Of a stretch of 63,421 nt of DNA, positions 11,364-24,429 are shown one piece after another. The notes under the pieces were generated by a model. That model was not told the origin of the DNA. It was given only the letters and a program-made list of their open reading frames with translations, and did no database searches. Source of the stretch: Sphyrna mokarran (lineage: Eukaryota). The stretch covers positions 8,928,001 to 8,991,421 of the forward strand of contig JAGIQG010000040.1 of assembly GCA_024679065.1 (NCBI GenBank), written 5' to 3'. A program made the translations under genes and the position numbers. The first letter of the stretch is position 1, and every line of letters starts with the position of its first letter.

Positions 11364-11650
11364 TCTGTACCTCAGTGTATATCAGTTTAGGTCCAATATC
11401 AGTAACTATTACAAATAAACTGAATTCTGTTTCTGTCTACATCAGTCTAGACACTATATCAGTAATCATTGCAAATACACTAGGCTTTGTCTCAGTTTAT
11501 ATCTGTTTTTGTCCTGTATCAGTTGTCATTGCAAATACAATGGAATTTGTCTCAGTTTATATCTCTTTCTGTCCTGTATTAGTAATTATTACTAATGAAC
11601 TTCTCTCTGTCTCAGTCTAAAGAAGTCTAGGTCCAGTATCATTAATTACT
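11364..11650. repeat. degenerate 60-bp minisatellite, about 5 copies
   Basis: Unit approx. gtctcagtttatatc...gtcc.gtatcagtaat.attgcaaatacac recurs every 60 nt; explains ORF 11330..11620. Confidence 0.8.
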
Positions 11651-13889
11651 GGGCTCTGTTTCATTTTATATCTTCCAATCATTATATCCAGTAAAACTGC
11701 ACAAGACATAGTCTCAGTTCTCCTGACAGCGTCATAAATATTTGAAATATTTCTTGCATGGTATGTGGGTGTCACTGAAAACATCAGCTTTGACCTTTCA
11801 CCGTCCCCACGTGACACTCGGGGCTAAGCCATTTCAATTTTGTTTGACCAGAGCCCCAATTATGTTAAAATAGAGTCTGCCCCTGTTAATAATGTCAGTT
11901 TATATTGCTCTAGGCACTCTTTCTAGTTGTGTAATATTTGATCCTGACGCTGTATCTATTTCATTAGACAGTGTCAGTGTTATTCCTGCACTTGACTGTG
12001 CCTCTGATTGTACTATGCCTGCATTACCTCGCGGTTCTACAAGAAGAAGAGATAATATATTTGACTAGAAACACTGGCATTTGGCAAGATTCTGAAACGG
12101 GCAAATTGGACTGATAATATTTGGTCAGTGCAAGGTTGAAGACCCTGTTCCTCTGCTGTAACTTTCTTTGTCCTTTGTTCTGTGTTGACAGTGCATGATA
12201 TACAGGCCTTGGTATCCATTTTCAATTAGCAGATGTAGATTTCAGATAGCACTGTTTCTTTTCCAGGTGTCCAAGAATCGTATTTAGGAGGATGCAGAGA
12301 ATAATATCCCCCAAACACTTTCCTCAATACTGACATTGTCCAGTGCAGTAAAACCAGAAACCATGTCCAATGAAATATAAACGTGGATAGGGTCAAGTGC
12401 AGAAATAAGACTCCATTTAGTTTAATAAAACAGATACAGGCTAAAGTGATATAAATGGATATAGCATCTAGTTGAATATAAACTGAAACATGTTGATGTA
12501 TAAAATAAACTGGGACTAGTCTAAATTTGTACAATCAGAGAAAGCATCTCATTTAATATCTGTAGAGATAGGGTCTAGTGCAACATAAACGAAGGCATTA
12601 CCTTATATAATAGCAGCTGACACGGAGTAAAATTACTGTCTAATAAAGAGACCAGTTCAGTCCCCATGAAATTTCGAGAAACGGCCTACTGCCACATCAA
12701 AGATTATAGGGTAGGAGTAACATGGGGTAAAATAACACCTGCATTGCCAAATATAGCACTCCCAAGGCAGGGATAGCATGAGTTAGATACAAAGTGAATC
12801 TACCTCTCATTTTCAAAATCAAACATTCCTGGAAAACATTCACTCTGCTTCTCGACTTTCTAGAAGCAAAGCAAAACCCCATGTGCAGAGTCTGGTCAAA
12901 CACAATGAAGGCATACAGGCGAGGAATTATCTTTTAGGTAAAACTACTTCTGCATTTTCCCTTCAGAGATTTAGGAGACAAGTTTGAATTGGTGTTCAGT
13001 AGAGGGGAAGAGCTCTTCAGACAGTCCCATAAAATATACTAGTTCAGATACAGCAGAGATTAGATACGGATTAAACATTCAAAGGGCAGACACGTCAGTT
13101 TAGATGCAGAGTAAACATTCCCCCACACTGTCCGGTCAAACAGCGAAAGGGCAGGGATAAATAAGGGATTTTTTTTTTGGTAGGCCACATCGAATCCTTG
13201 TTATGAATTACAACACAGATTAGATGTAGAGGAAAATGTATAAAATATCCTAAGATTTTAGAATCCTCAAGATATATTTTTTTGAGTAAATCCCCCTCGT
13301 GGATTCTAATTCTTTACATTGCATTCCTTCTAACTCTGGCTGAGAGAATACATTGGACAACATTGAATTCAGGTTGTGGAGTGAAGACGATGAACTATCG
13401 TGAAGAGACAAACAGCAGAACCAGACAGGAGAAAGGCACAGAGAGAGAAATTAAAGACAGGAAATTTCCACAAAGACATTTGCCGTCTTATTATATTTGG
13501 CGATCAGAGTGATTTTTGTCCTAATTCTGGACATAGATATTATCATGATTTTTTTCTTCACATAATTGATGAATGAATAATATAGATATAACTATCATTT
13601 CTGGAATCCGTTAATTGATTTGCATGGGGGCTGTTTATTTCTGTGCTGTGTCGGTGGGGAAATATTAGTTGCGTTTTTGTCAGTCAACAATCTAATCTGA
13701 GATTTCTATTTCTGCATTTATTTACATAAACACTTCACTGTTTACAATGAAATGTTCATGACAGCAAAACCAGATAAACTGTCACTTATTGATCAGTTTC
13801 AACACAAAATAATAGTTTATTTTCAGACTATCATGGCTTGATTCAAAATTAATAGAAACCTATTTTAACATGCATTACTCCACTGACTT

Positions 13890-14781
13890 ATGACACCAAA
13901 GTCGGTGGAGTGGTAGATAGTGAAGAGGGGTGTTATAGTTTGCAGAGAGACTTGGACAAGTTGAAGAGCTGGGCCGAGAGGTGGCAAATGGAGTTTAATG
14001 TGGAAAAGTGTGAGGTAATGCACTTTGGCAGGAATAATAAATATGTAGAGTATAGGGCTAATGGTAGGATTCTTAATAGTGTTGATGAACAGAGGGATCT
14101 TGGTGTATTTGTGCATAGATCCCTGAAAGTTGGCAATCAAGTCGATAAGGTTGTTAAGAAGCATACGGAGTCTTAGCTTTTATTGGTAGGGGGATTGAAT
14201 TTCGGAGCCGCAACGTCATGTTGCAACTGTACAAAACTCTAGTGCGCCCGCACTTGGAGTATTGTGTGCAGTTCTGGTCCCCACATTATAGAAAGATGTG
14301 GAGGCATTGGAGAGGGTACAGAGGAGGTTTACCAGGATGTTGCCTGGTATGGAGGGCAGGTCTTATGAAGAGAGGCTGAGGGATTTGAGGTTGTTTTTGT
14401 TAGAAAGAAGGCGGCTAAGTGGAGACCTTATTGAAACATATAAGATGATTAGAGGTTTAGATAGGGTGGACAGTGATAGCCTTTTTCCTAGGACGGAGAA
14501 AGCTAGCACGAGGGGACACAGCTTTAAATTAAGGGGTGATAGTTATAGGACGGATATCAGAGGTAGGTTCTTTACCCAGAGGGCGGTTAGGGAGTGGAAT
14601 GCCCTGCCTGCGGCAGTTGTAGATGCGCCAAGTTTGGTGGCATTTAAGAGGTTAATTGATAAGTTTATGGAAGAGAAGGGAATGGTTTAGTTTGGAGAGT
14701 CATTGCTTTTTTTTTCATAATTGGTCAGCGCAACATCGAAGGCCGAAGGGCCTTTTCTGCGCTGTAATGTTCTATGTTCTA
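13890..14781 (+). mobile_element. 5'-truncated CR1 LINE (ORF2 RT C-terminus, short 3' UTR)
   Basis: DTK...LQRDLDKL..WAERWQMEFNVEKCEVMHFG...ERVQRRFTRMLPG...TRGH...WNALP with frameshifts; (ttctatg) tail. Confidence 0.95.
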
Positions 14782-15049
14782 TAGATGTTACTTAATTAAA
14801 TAGATAAATATATTCTATTTAAGAATCTGCTCTGGAAGTTCTGATGTCACAATAAATAAAGTATTTGTGAACAGGCTGGTATTCCACTGAATGTTAAATT
14901 GATCGATAATCCAATTTTCTTCAACTAGACAAGTTAAAACAAAGAGAAGTGATGTGTGAAATATTCCTGTTACAAATAGTAATTAAACTCACATGAGGGA
15001 AGAATAAAAAAAAAACATTGTGCTTATCACTGACAGATATAATTAGCAT

Positions 15050-15522
15050 AGCAGCGTCACAGTCACAGGGAAATGGGTTCGATTCCAACCTTGAGTGACT
15101 GTCTGTGTGTGGTTTTCACATTCTATCATGTCCACGTGAGTTTCCTCAGGGTGACCCGATTTTCTTCCACAGACGAAGAATGTGCAGGTTAGGTGTATTG
15201 GTCTGATAAGTTGCTCCTTTCAGTCCAAGTATGAGTAACGTAGAATCACAGAATCCCGACAGTGCTGATGAAGACCATTCGGTCCATCAAATCTGCATCA
15301 GTTGTCCAGCAAGGCATTATTGCCAGGCCCAAGGTGGATTGGCGATTTTAAATTGCCCCTTAGTGCCCAACGATGTGTAGGTTAGGGATATTAGGGTCTG
15401 AATATGTGAGATTGTCGGGATGAGGTGAAAGCTGAGCCTGGATCGGATGCTCTGCTGGAGAGCAGCTGCAGACATCTTGGACAGAATGGCTTCCTACTGC
15501 ACTGTACTGGATTCTATGATTC
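15050..15522 (+). mobile_element. V-SINE/HE1-like SINE fragments (nested)
   Basis: gggttcgattcc...gactgtctgtgtgtggttttcacattct...gtgcaggttaggtgtattgg; gaatggcttcct...gattctatgattct tail. Confidence 0.65.
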
Positions 15523-16289
15523 TGTGCTGATATGATCAGGCAGAGGAATGAATATATTCGCATCTCAGCACTTCCAACATATTAGAAGTTTCATTTCGGT
15601 AGAGCTTACATTTATCAAACACTTTAACGAATTCATGTTCTTAAAACTTCCTGATGTACCTTTGAAGTTTTTAGTCACTGATGTTATGAAGCAATTACTG
15701 CAGGTAATTTGCGAACAGCAAACTCCCACAAACCGAGAAGTGATAAATTGTCAGTAAATGTGTGATTTTGTTTGAAGAATCCGTATTAAGATAGGATATT
15801 GGGGAGTCCAGCCTTGCTCTTTAGAATTATATCAATGAGATTTCGCATCCCGGCATCGATCTTCAATGTGAATCTGGTTCTCTATCTGCTGGTGCTCACT
15901 GACCAGCTGAGTAGCAATTGTGTTGTTTGAGTTTTAGATTTCCACAATCGGCAGCACTTTACCCTGTTATATTGATTATATTGTTATTGATTACCCTGTT
16001 GTCACTGAGAAAGCTAACATTTCGTTGTCCGTGCTGAGAAGGCGGTTGTGAACCACCTTGTTGAAACCTGCCTTCTGGAGACGGGGTTTTATTGTTTGAT
16101 TTTCTACAGCAGCTTTAATACAAATGAGTGGCCTGCTCGGCAATTTCAGTAATTGCTGAGAGTCATTTTCATCACAGTGGAACTGGAGTCTATGTCGGAC
16201 AGACAGGATAAAGACAGGAATCTTTGGTTTCTAGTTATTTTCAAAGAGAAATATAAAAATAAATCACTACGAATTCTGGAATTGAAATC

Positions 16290-16484
16290 TAAAGAGAAAA
16301 ATACTGGAAAATCTCAGAAGGCCTGGTAATATCTGTGAGGAGAGAAAATAGCTGACATTTCGAATCCAGATAACCTTCTGACAAAGTTTTGACAAAGGGT
16401 CACCTGGAATCGAAAAGTCAGCTTTTCTTTCTCCCGTTACAGATGCTGCCAGACTTGCTGAGATTTTCCAGCATTTTCTCTTTA
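16290..16484. mobile_element. Penelope-like fold-back (palindromic) element abutting the pseudo-VH
   Basis: aaagagaaaaatactggaaaatctcag... versus ...ctgagattttccagcattttctcttt form ~95-bp inverted arms with a decayed tgacaaagggtcacctggaatcgaaa core. Confidence 0.7.
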
Positions 16485-16710
16485 CGTTGTTTGAAGTGTC
16501 TTTGGGCGGAGTAAATAGATTCTGGGTCCCTGAGGGAAGGAATTGTAGGTTGAACCAAGGCAATCGAACTGAAAAAAACACTGTAAACACTGTTCAGGAC
16601 ATGTCGGATCCTGACCATCCAATTACTGCCAATATTGATCGCTTTGGCTTTGCAGGTCAGTTTCAAAGAGTCTGAGGGGCGCAGAGTCAACACAACCTCC
16701 GATTCGACAC
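16485..16710 (-). pseudogene. decayed, 3'-truncated VH segment
   Basis: VESEVVLTLRPSDSLKLTCKAKAINIGSNWMVRIR then frameshift to ...LFTPPKDTSNN. Acceptor AG is changed to AA, FR1 has a 6-codon deletion, the core Trp is Arg, and the YYC/RSS end is missing at the fold-back element. Confidence 0.85.
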
Positions 16711-17569
16711 TTGTAAAAATATCTAAAATCCTATGTAAAAAAAATGGCATGATCTCTGGACATATACTCTCAGTCATTTTCTCCATCGGGAACAAGATAC
16801 AAAAGTCTGAGGAAACTTTCAATCAGACTCAAAAATAATTTATTTCATGCTTCAATCAGACGTTTGAATGGCCCTACGTCGCATTAAGTTGATCTTTCCC
16901 TACACTCCAGCTCTGACTGCAAAATTACATTATTCATTCTCTCCCATGCTTCCCTATATACGTTCTGCTCTGACAATACAGTACGCAAGAAACAATAATA
17001 TGAGATAATAAGTCAAATGAAATCAAATAAAATATAAGAAACACTTCAAGGATTATTCCCAGCGAGTTGATTGCTGACAATGCGACATTCCAGAAACAGA
17101 CTAACACCGAGGCAGTAACAATGAAATCCATTGTCATGGCTCTGCTAATGTAAGAGGTGAAACTGCATTTGAGCATCTGTTATAGAAAAGAAGCAATTTC
17201 ATTGTAAATTAAGTGCTTTTACTTCTGCACCCCCTCACAAAGGAATGGGCATTATCAGATGACATTGTCAGGGTTAAGACGTCAGTCTGATTTGCAATAA
17301 TGCGGTTTCTCTAACACATCACAGCAAAAATATAACTCATTAGAGAAATTATTCTCGATTTATGTAACTTAATGCTGCGTTGATTGTATTTCAGATGTGG
17401 ATACCTATCACTGTAATTTGGGACTGGCTATAAGAAGAAGGGAAGCAATGGCCTAGCGTTATTATCAGTAGGCAATTAATCCACAAACTCAACTGAAATT
17501 CTCAGGACCCAGATTCGAATCCCCTACATTTAAGCATTGAGTTGACAATGAAACATTAAAATGATATTG

Positions 17570-18225
17570 AATTTGACAAAGAAATTATTGAATCAGAACA
17601 GACACGGCAATCAGGAGAGTTCTCCTTCAGCCTCCAAATCATTACAGCTCATTTTATTGGCCAGCAGCTAGTATTAGGAGCACTGGGTATCAAGACTTTG
17701 TGGCGTAATGCACAATGTCACTAGAATAAATGTTTGATCTGCCACTGAATCAGATTATGGATTGGTCATTATTTCACTCATTGGCAGTCATAAGAAGGAC
17801 TGTTAAATAATCGAAATCAGATAATGCTAGACATATAACATGTTGTACATCAGGTATAAGTTTTTAATTAGGTGCAGAACATTGAGGATATTCCAGTGTA
17901 CCGGCTGTTCAAGGCAGATATGTGATTTTTATTTATTTTTAATTATTTTCATTTTTGTGCCTTTACGCTGATCTCTTGGGACTGAGGGATTGGGGGCATC
18001 AACATATTTTTTCTTGCTCTTCATGAAGTTGTTCATAAAAAGACTTTAACTGTTGGAAAAGAATTTGTTTGGAAGTTATCCAAATGAAAGATCATCAAGT
18101 CAATTGACTAATTTCCGATACATTTTAATTACATAATGAACAGTGCATTCACTAAAATATTTGCTTAGAAGAAATACCATGTAAAACGTGTCTTTCTTTA
18201 GGGAATAAAACATTTATTGTATAAC
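17570..18225. repeat. upstream homology block, copy 2 (upstream of pseudo-VH)
   Basis: Direct-orientation homology to 10270-10935. Confidence 0.85.
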
Positions 18226-19207
18226 TGATGAAGTCCCATTTTATCCTTATAGGTTCACGTTAATCTGTCCTACGCAGTATTTGGCAACAGTCCAATCTGC
18301 TATCAAATGCTCAAAAATATTTACAGGAAGCATCTGAGGGCGTTTGTTCAGTAAAACTAAAATCTGTTTCCTCAGTACTGAACACTTGGCTGCAAGCCAA
18401 CTTCAAACACTCAGCATTGTCAATGTGTCCATTTATAAACAAATCTACCCAGCAACAGTTCAGGAGGCAATTTAATTATTTTAAATTTGCAGACAAGTAT
18501 GAATGTTTCCCATTTCTTCGGAAAGGAAAGTGTACAGTTCTCTGGCATCTTGTTAGCAACAATGATGATCTCCCCATCAAAACATTGATGGATGGGCATA
18601 AAATAGGCAGATTGTGAGAGCTGATTCAGAGGGGTGATATAATTTATACGACATAAACATGTGTGATTCTGTTTCCTTTCACTTTTTTTTCACGAGACGT
18701 GGGAACATTTATTCCCTTTGCCTAATTTCTCTTGAACTGAGTGGTATGCTAGGGCATCAGAGAAGGCATTGCCCAGTTAGTTATATTGCTGCCTGTCTGC
18801 AGTCATGTTCTGGTGAGACTAGGTAGGGATGGTAGATTTCCTTCACTGGGGAATCAGAGAGATTTATCTGATCGCTGTCAGTATGTATTCCAGATTTATT
18901 GATTGAATTCAAATTCCAACAGGTGTCAGTGTCGGATTTAGTCCTATGTCTACACATTATTGGCCTGGGCTTCTAGATTGCTGGTACACTGGCATTAATA
19001 TTACGCCACCATCTATCCAAAAATAAAGGGATGCTTGCGTTAATGCATGGATGAATGATAGCTGAATGCCTGAATGTTGTGATTCAGGAATCAGTGAGCG
19101 GACGGAGGGATGTGAAAATAACATTTTCTATTCTGCATTCGGATATTTGTGATTTACTACTTCAAGGATCGAAGCAGGTCCTTTATTCCAATTGTGTCAG
19201 CATGCAA

Positions 19208-21190
19208 GACCATAAGACCATAAGACATAGAAATAGGAGCAGAATTAGACCACTCGGTCCATCGAGTCTGCTCCGCCATTCAATCATGGCTGATATTTTT
19301 CTCATCCCCATTCTCCTGCCTTTTCCTTGTAAGCCCTGATCCCGTTATGAATCAAGAACCTCTCCATTTCTGTATTTAACAATTCCTAATGACCTGGCCT
19401 CCACAGTCTTCTGTGACGAGAGATCCACAAATTCACCACACTCTGGCTGAAGAAAATCCTCCTCATCTCCATTTTAAAAAGGATCGTCTCTTTAGTGGGA
19501 GGTTGGGCCCTCTGCTATTTTTTTTTCTCTCTCTTTCAGTGGAAACATCTTCTCCACACCAACTCTATCCAGGCCTCGCAGTATCCTGAAAATTTCAATA
19601 AGATCCCCCTCACCTTTCAAAACTCCAACGAGTACAGGTCCAGAGGATTCAACCGTTCCTCATACAGCGAGATCTTTATTCCAGGAATCGTTTTTGTGAA
19701 CTTCGACTGGACACTATCCAAGGCCAACACATCCTTTCTTAGGTAAGGGGCTCAAAACTGCTCACAATACTCCAATTGCTTCTGACCAGAGCCTTATACA
19801 GCTTCAGAATTACATCACTGCCCATGTTCTTTTAACCCTCTCGACATGAATGCTAACATTGCATTTGCCTTCCTGAACCTTAAGAGAATCTTGACTAATG
19901 ACTCCCAAGTCCCTACGTGTTTTTGATTTTCTCAGCATTTTCCTATTCAGAAAATAGTTTATGCCTACATTCCTCCTACCTAGCGAATACCCTCATAGTT
20001 TTCTACTTGTATTCCAGCTGACATATATTTCCTCACTCTCTAACCTATCCAAGTCCTTCTGCAGCCCCCTGCTTCTTCAATACTACCTGTTCCCTCAACA
20101 TATTTTTGTATTATCTGCAAAATTACAGTGGTGCATTTCGTTACTTCCTCCAAACCGTTAATGCATACTGTGAAAAGTTGTGTTCCCAGCACTGACCCCT
20201 GAGGCACATCACTAAGCACTGTCTGCCATCCTAAGAAAGACACCATTTGTCTCCACTCTCTGCCTTCTGCCAATCAACCAATCCTCTATCCATGCCAGGA
20301 TCTTATCCTTAACACCATGTGCACTTAACTGATTTAACAGTCTCCTATTCGGCATCTTGTCAAATGCTGTTGGAATCCTGAATATACCATATCCACTGGC
20401 TCTCACTTATCTAATTTCTTTGTTACCTCCTCAAAGAGTTTGCCACGTATTACCTCGCCTTATTAAAACAGTGCTGTCTCAGTTCTACATTATCATGCAA
20501 TTCCACATACTCTGCAATCTATTTTTTAATAATGGAATTTTTAAGTCTGCCAATGACCGAAGTCAGGCCAACGGACCTATAATTTCTCATCTGCTGCCTC
20601 CCTCTCTTCTTAAACAGTGGTGTTACATTTGCTGCTTCCCAGTCATGTGGTATACTCCCTGCTTTCGGTGATTTCTGAAAGATTACCAGCAATACCTCCA
20701 TACTTTCCTCAGTTACCTCTTTTAGAATACTATGGTGTAGTCCTTCCGGTTCAGGTAATTGATCCACCTTCTTACCTTTCAATTTCCCCAGAACCTTCTC
20801 CTTAGTGATGACTGCAGTTACCTTGTCCCTGGAATCTCCTGGAGATCTCACATTTCACTGGTGTCTTCCACCGTGAAGACTAATGCTAAGTAACTATTCA
20901 GTTCCTTTGCCATTGCTTTGTTTCCTATTATTACTTCTCCAGTCCAATTTTCCTGTGGCCCAATGACAATTCTTGCATTTTTTTGTTTTTTACTATATTG
21001 AAAAAATCGCTATGTCTGATTTTATATGACTAGCTAGATTACACTCATATTTCATCTTCTCCATCCTTTTTTTAGATGTCTTCTGCTTGCGTTTAAATAC
21101 GTCTAAATCCTCTGCCTTCTCAATAATCTTTGCTGTTTTGTATGATTTAACTTTTGCTTTAGTGCTGTGCTTGACCTTTATGGTGCGCTG
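19208..21190 (-). mobile_element. decayed CR1 LINE (RT domain and 3' end)
   Basis: Minus-strand fragments DWEAANVTPLFKKRGRQQMRNYRSVGLTS, AFDKMPNRRLL, DVPQGSVLG; (cataaga)n tail at ~19210. Confidence 0.9.
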
Positions 21191-21289
21191 CAACCATGAG
21201 CTCTTCCAGATTTTCTTGGTGAATTCAATTCCCGAGCCACCAGGAACAAGTGAACATAGCTAAGTCTTTTCTTTCTTCTTCTTCTGTCG

Positions 21290-21850
21290 CAGAGTCATAG
21301 TTGTTTAAACATGGACACAAGCATTTCGGCCTAACTTGCCCATGCCGCCTTTTTATTAATCACTAAGCTTATCCCAATTTCCCATATTTGGACTATATAC
21401 CTCTCTACGGATCCCTATCTTTGTAACTGCCAAAACTCTTTATAAAAGACAAAATTGTACCCGCCTCTAACAGTAATTCTGGCAGCCTGTTCCAGACACT
21501 TCTGTGTGAAACAATATCCCCTCCGAACCATTTTGTATCACTCCACTCTCATATTAAATCTATGCCTTCTAGATTTAAACTCCTCTACCACTGGACAAAG
21601 ATATTCACTACCTATCTGATCTCTGCACCTCATTAATGTACAGACATCTATAAGAATCCCCCAAGCCTCCTATTCTCCGGAGAAAAATAAGTCTATCCCA
21701 GTCTATCCAGTCTCTCCTTACAACTCAAATTATCGAGCCCTTGTAGCATTCTCGTAAATCTTTTTGGCACTCTTTCTAGTTTAATAATATCCGTTCTATA
21801 ATAGGGTGACCAGAACTGTGCACAACATTCCAAGTGTAGCCTCACCGATG
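21290..21850 (-). mobile_element. old CR1 LINE 3' fragment
   Basis: gggtgaccagaactgtgcacaacattccaagtgtagcctcac is the reverse complement of the RPHLEYCVQFWSP region. Confidence 0.75.
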
Positions 21851-22057
21851 TCTTCAAAATTTTCCAATCCAGTGGAGATTCGGTTGAGGGAGGTGGATTG
21901 TAATGTTTGGAACACGTGACCCTTTTTAGTGCAACAAATCAATCATCATCCGAATTAGTGGAAGTAACAGGTTAAAGAAAAACGACTGATACATTGCGAA
22001 ATTCACTAGACAACGTCAAGTGATAAATTACTTTCCAGTGCTCTGCACATGTGCAAG

Positions 22058-22380
22058 GGCAGTACAGTGTTACAGTGGTTAATCCTGCTGCCTCACAACG
22101 CCAGGGACCCGAGTTCAATTCCATCCTCGGTCACTGTCTGTGTGGAGTTTGCAGTTTCTCTCCGTGTCTGTATGGATTTTCTCCGGTTTATTCTAGTTTT
22201 CTCCTGCAGTCCGAACAATTGCAGGCCAGATTGATTGGCCACGCTGAATTAACCCTTGTATCAGGAGTATTAGTAGGGTTAGCATGAGGGGTAACGGGAA
22301 TAGGGCCTGACTGGCATTGAGTCGGTCCAGGCTCGATGGGCCAATGGTTTTATTCTCCACTATAGATTGTTTGTTCTATG
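22058..22380 (+). mobile_element. near full-length V-SINE/HE1-like SINE
   Basis: tRNA-derived head (cagtggttaatcctgctgcctcacaacgccagggacccgagttcaattcc), V-domain and CR1-like tail. Confidence 0.85.
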
Positions 22381-22759
22381 AGTTACTAATCTGGATTTTA
22401 AGGCTCTATAACGTCACATTAGATATTATAGATGAAATTTAACATTGGTTATTGATACTTTCAGTCATGCAGTCATTTTAAAAATGACTCCAGTTATTGT
22501 ATCAGAGAATTATGTGTGGTGATGAGGTGATTACTTGTCAATAAACCACAACGGCTGCTGGGTAGCTTCTCCTGATCCCCAGTCTGATTCAATTCAATTC
22601 CCCGCTGAATTCTGGGACAGATTTGATCCTTTGGTGACAGAAAGACCAAAGTGATTACAATAAATTTGAATTTCAGTAAGCTACATTAATAAATAAAATG
22701 CTGAAAAGAATATGTGAAATACTTTTTTGTGATTTGGAGATTATTAGTAATATTAGCGC

Positions 22760-23480
22760 CAAACAATGACCATCTCCAAAAGGAGAGAATCTATCCATTG
22801 CTCCCCGCCACTCAATAATATTGCGATATTGAATCACGCACTATAAACATCGTCGGGGTTACCACTGGCTAATTGCTGAATTAACTAGGTATATAAATGT
22901 TCCGGATGGAATAGCAGGTTAGCTTGCTGTGAGTAATCCATCTCCAAACTCCCTAAACCTGTCCACTATCTACAAGCCACAACTCAGGATGAAAGAGGGT
23001 TCCTTCCACTTGCTTGAATGAGTGCAGCTCAAAGAACATTCAAGAATCTTTAACGTATTTCGGACAGAGCAGCCGGCTTGATTGGCACAGCATTTCCAAA
23101 TGCTCACTCTCTCCATCATCCACAAACAACAGCAACATTATACACCGTATTCAAGTTTCACTTCAGAAACTGACCAAGAATCCTCAGGCAAAACCTTCCA
23201 AACACACGACTGTTACCATTTGGAAGGATGGGGTAAGATTTACCTGGGAATGTCACATGTAAATTCCGCTCCAAGTCAGTCATATACCTGACTTGGAAAA
23301 ATATCGTCCTTCCTTCATTGCCGTTTCAATGAAATTCCAGAACCTCCTCTGTAACAGCACTGTGTGAGTACATGCACCACAGATTTCGCAGGAATTCTCA
23401 TCACCATCTTAATAGGGGCAATTAATGATAGGCAGCAAATGCTGACCTAGCCAGCAGTGACCACATTCCTCAAATTAAAA
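22760..23480 (+). mobile_element. old LINE 3' fragment (L2/CR1 group)
   Basis: caaacaatgaccatctcc...cctgtccactatctacaag...gacttggaaaaatatcgtccttcc...ggggcaattaatgataggcagcaaatgctg. Confidence 0.65.
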
Positions 23481-24429
23481 CATAAATATATTAATGTTTA
23501 TGAATTGTTGATAACAGGTGAGTAAAATTATGCAACTTTGTGAATGGATATCAACTGGTCAAAATAAATACCAACTTCATGAACATTGATGATCTTCTCC
23601 TTCTTGATGGAAGATAGGATGCGCTCCACAAGAGATCCGAGAAAAAAAGCCGCGAGAGGACACCGTAACAACTACAGGTATGTGTACATCATTGCCAGTG
23701 ATACATCTGAAAGCATTCATCTGTTTGAAGATCCGGATTACCTGAAGCTCTTTGCTGTGTTTATAACGAAAAACAATGAGTCTAGAAAAATATCTGCTCC
23801 ATGTGCCCTATGTGCTTATCTTTACCTTCGTCAATCTCATGAAGATATTCCATACTGGTAGCAGAGCAGGGACTGCCATATTCTGGGAAAAAGTCGCCCT
23901 CCATCAACACTCCTCAGTCTCATTCACGACACTGAAAACAACAACTTATAACCACAATTGGTAGCTTCATGGGCAGCAGTTGTAACAGAGTCAACTTCTC
24001 AAAAATGTTCCTCCTCGGTCATCAATAAAGGTAGCATGTGATAAAGAAAACATTTTAAAATTAATGTGTTTACACTGTGACTATTTTTTTTGTTATTATT
24101 TTAAATGGAAGGACGCCAGTTATCATTGTGAAATTGATTTGTAAACAACATGGCATTGTTCACACACACACACACATTTTCCTTCAGCTTAAGATTCCAT
24201 CTTGGCTTCCTGGGGCTTAAGAAACAATCACTCCAACTATATTTCAGATGGAATTGTGAACAAAATAAAAATCCCAATCACCATGTTTGTGGAGCTGAAC
24301 ATTAAAGGTCCCATTGTCTCCAAGAGCTCCCTGGTCAGCAATCCTTCTAAACAAAATGAACAAACACGCATTACCATGGATTGAGGTATTATGCTCTGAT
24401 GCTGAACTGGCAACGTAGGAACATAGGAA

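Noticed and set aside
13511-13550. RSS nonamer GATTTTTGT identical to the D nonamers
   Set aside because: No heptamer at 12 or 22/23 nt spacing.
13420-13625. Octamer ATGCAAAT (minus, 13625-13618) followed by a leader-like frame MSLWKFPVFNFSLCAFLLS
   Set aside because: An 8-mer is expected by chance in 63 kb of AT-rich DNA, the donor is weak, and no V exon follows.
23586-24030. ORFs 23586..23861 and 23776..23964 as a host gene exon
   Set aside because: No recognisable domain or splice context; possibly a decayed retroelement, but not supportable by eye.
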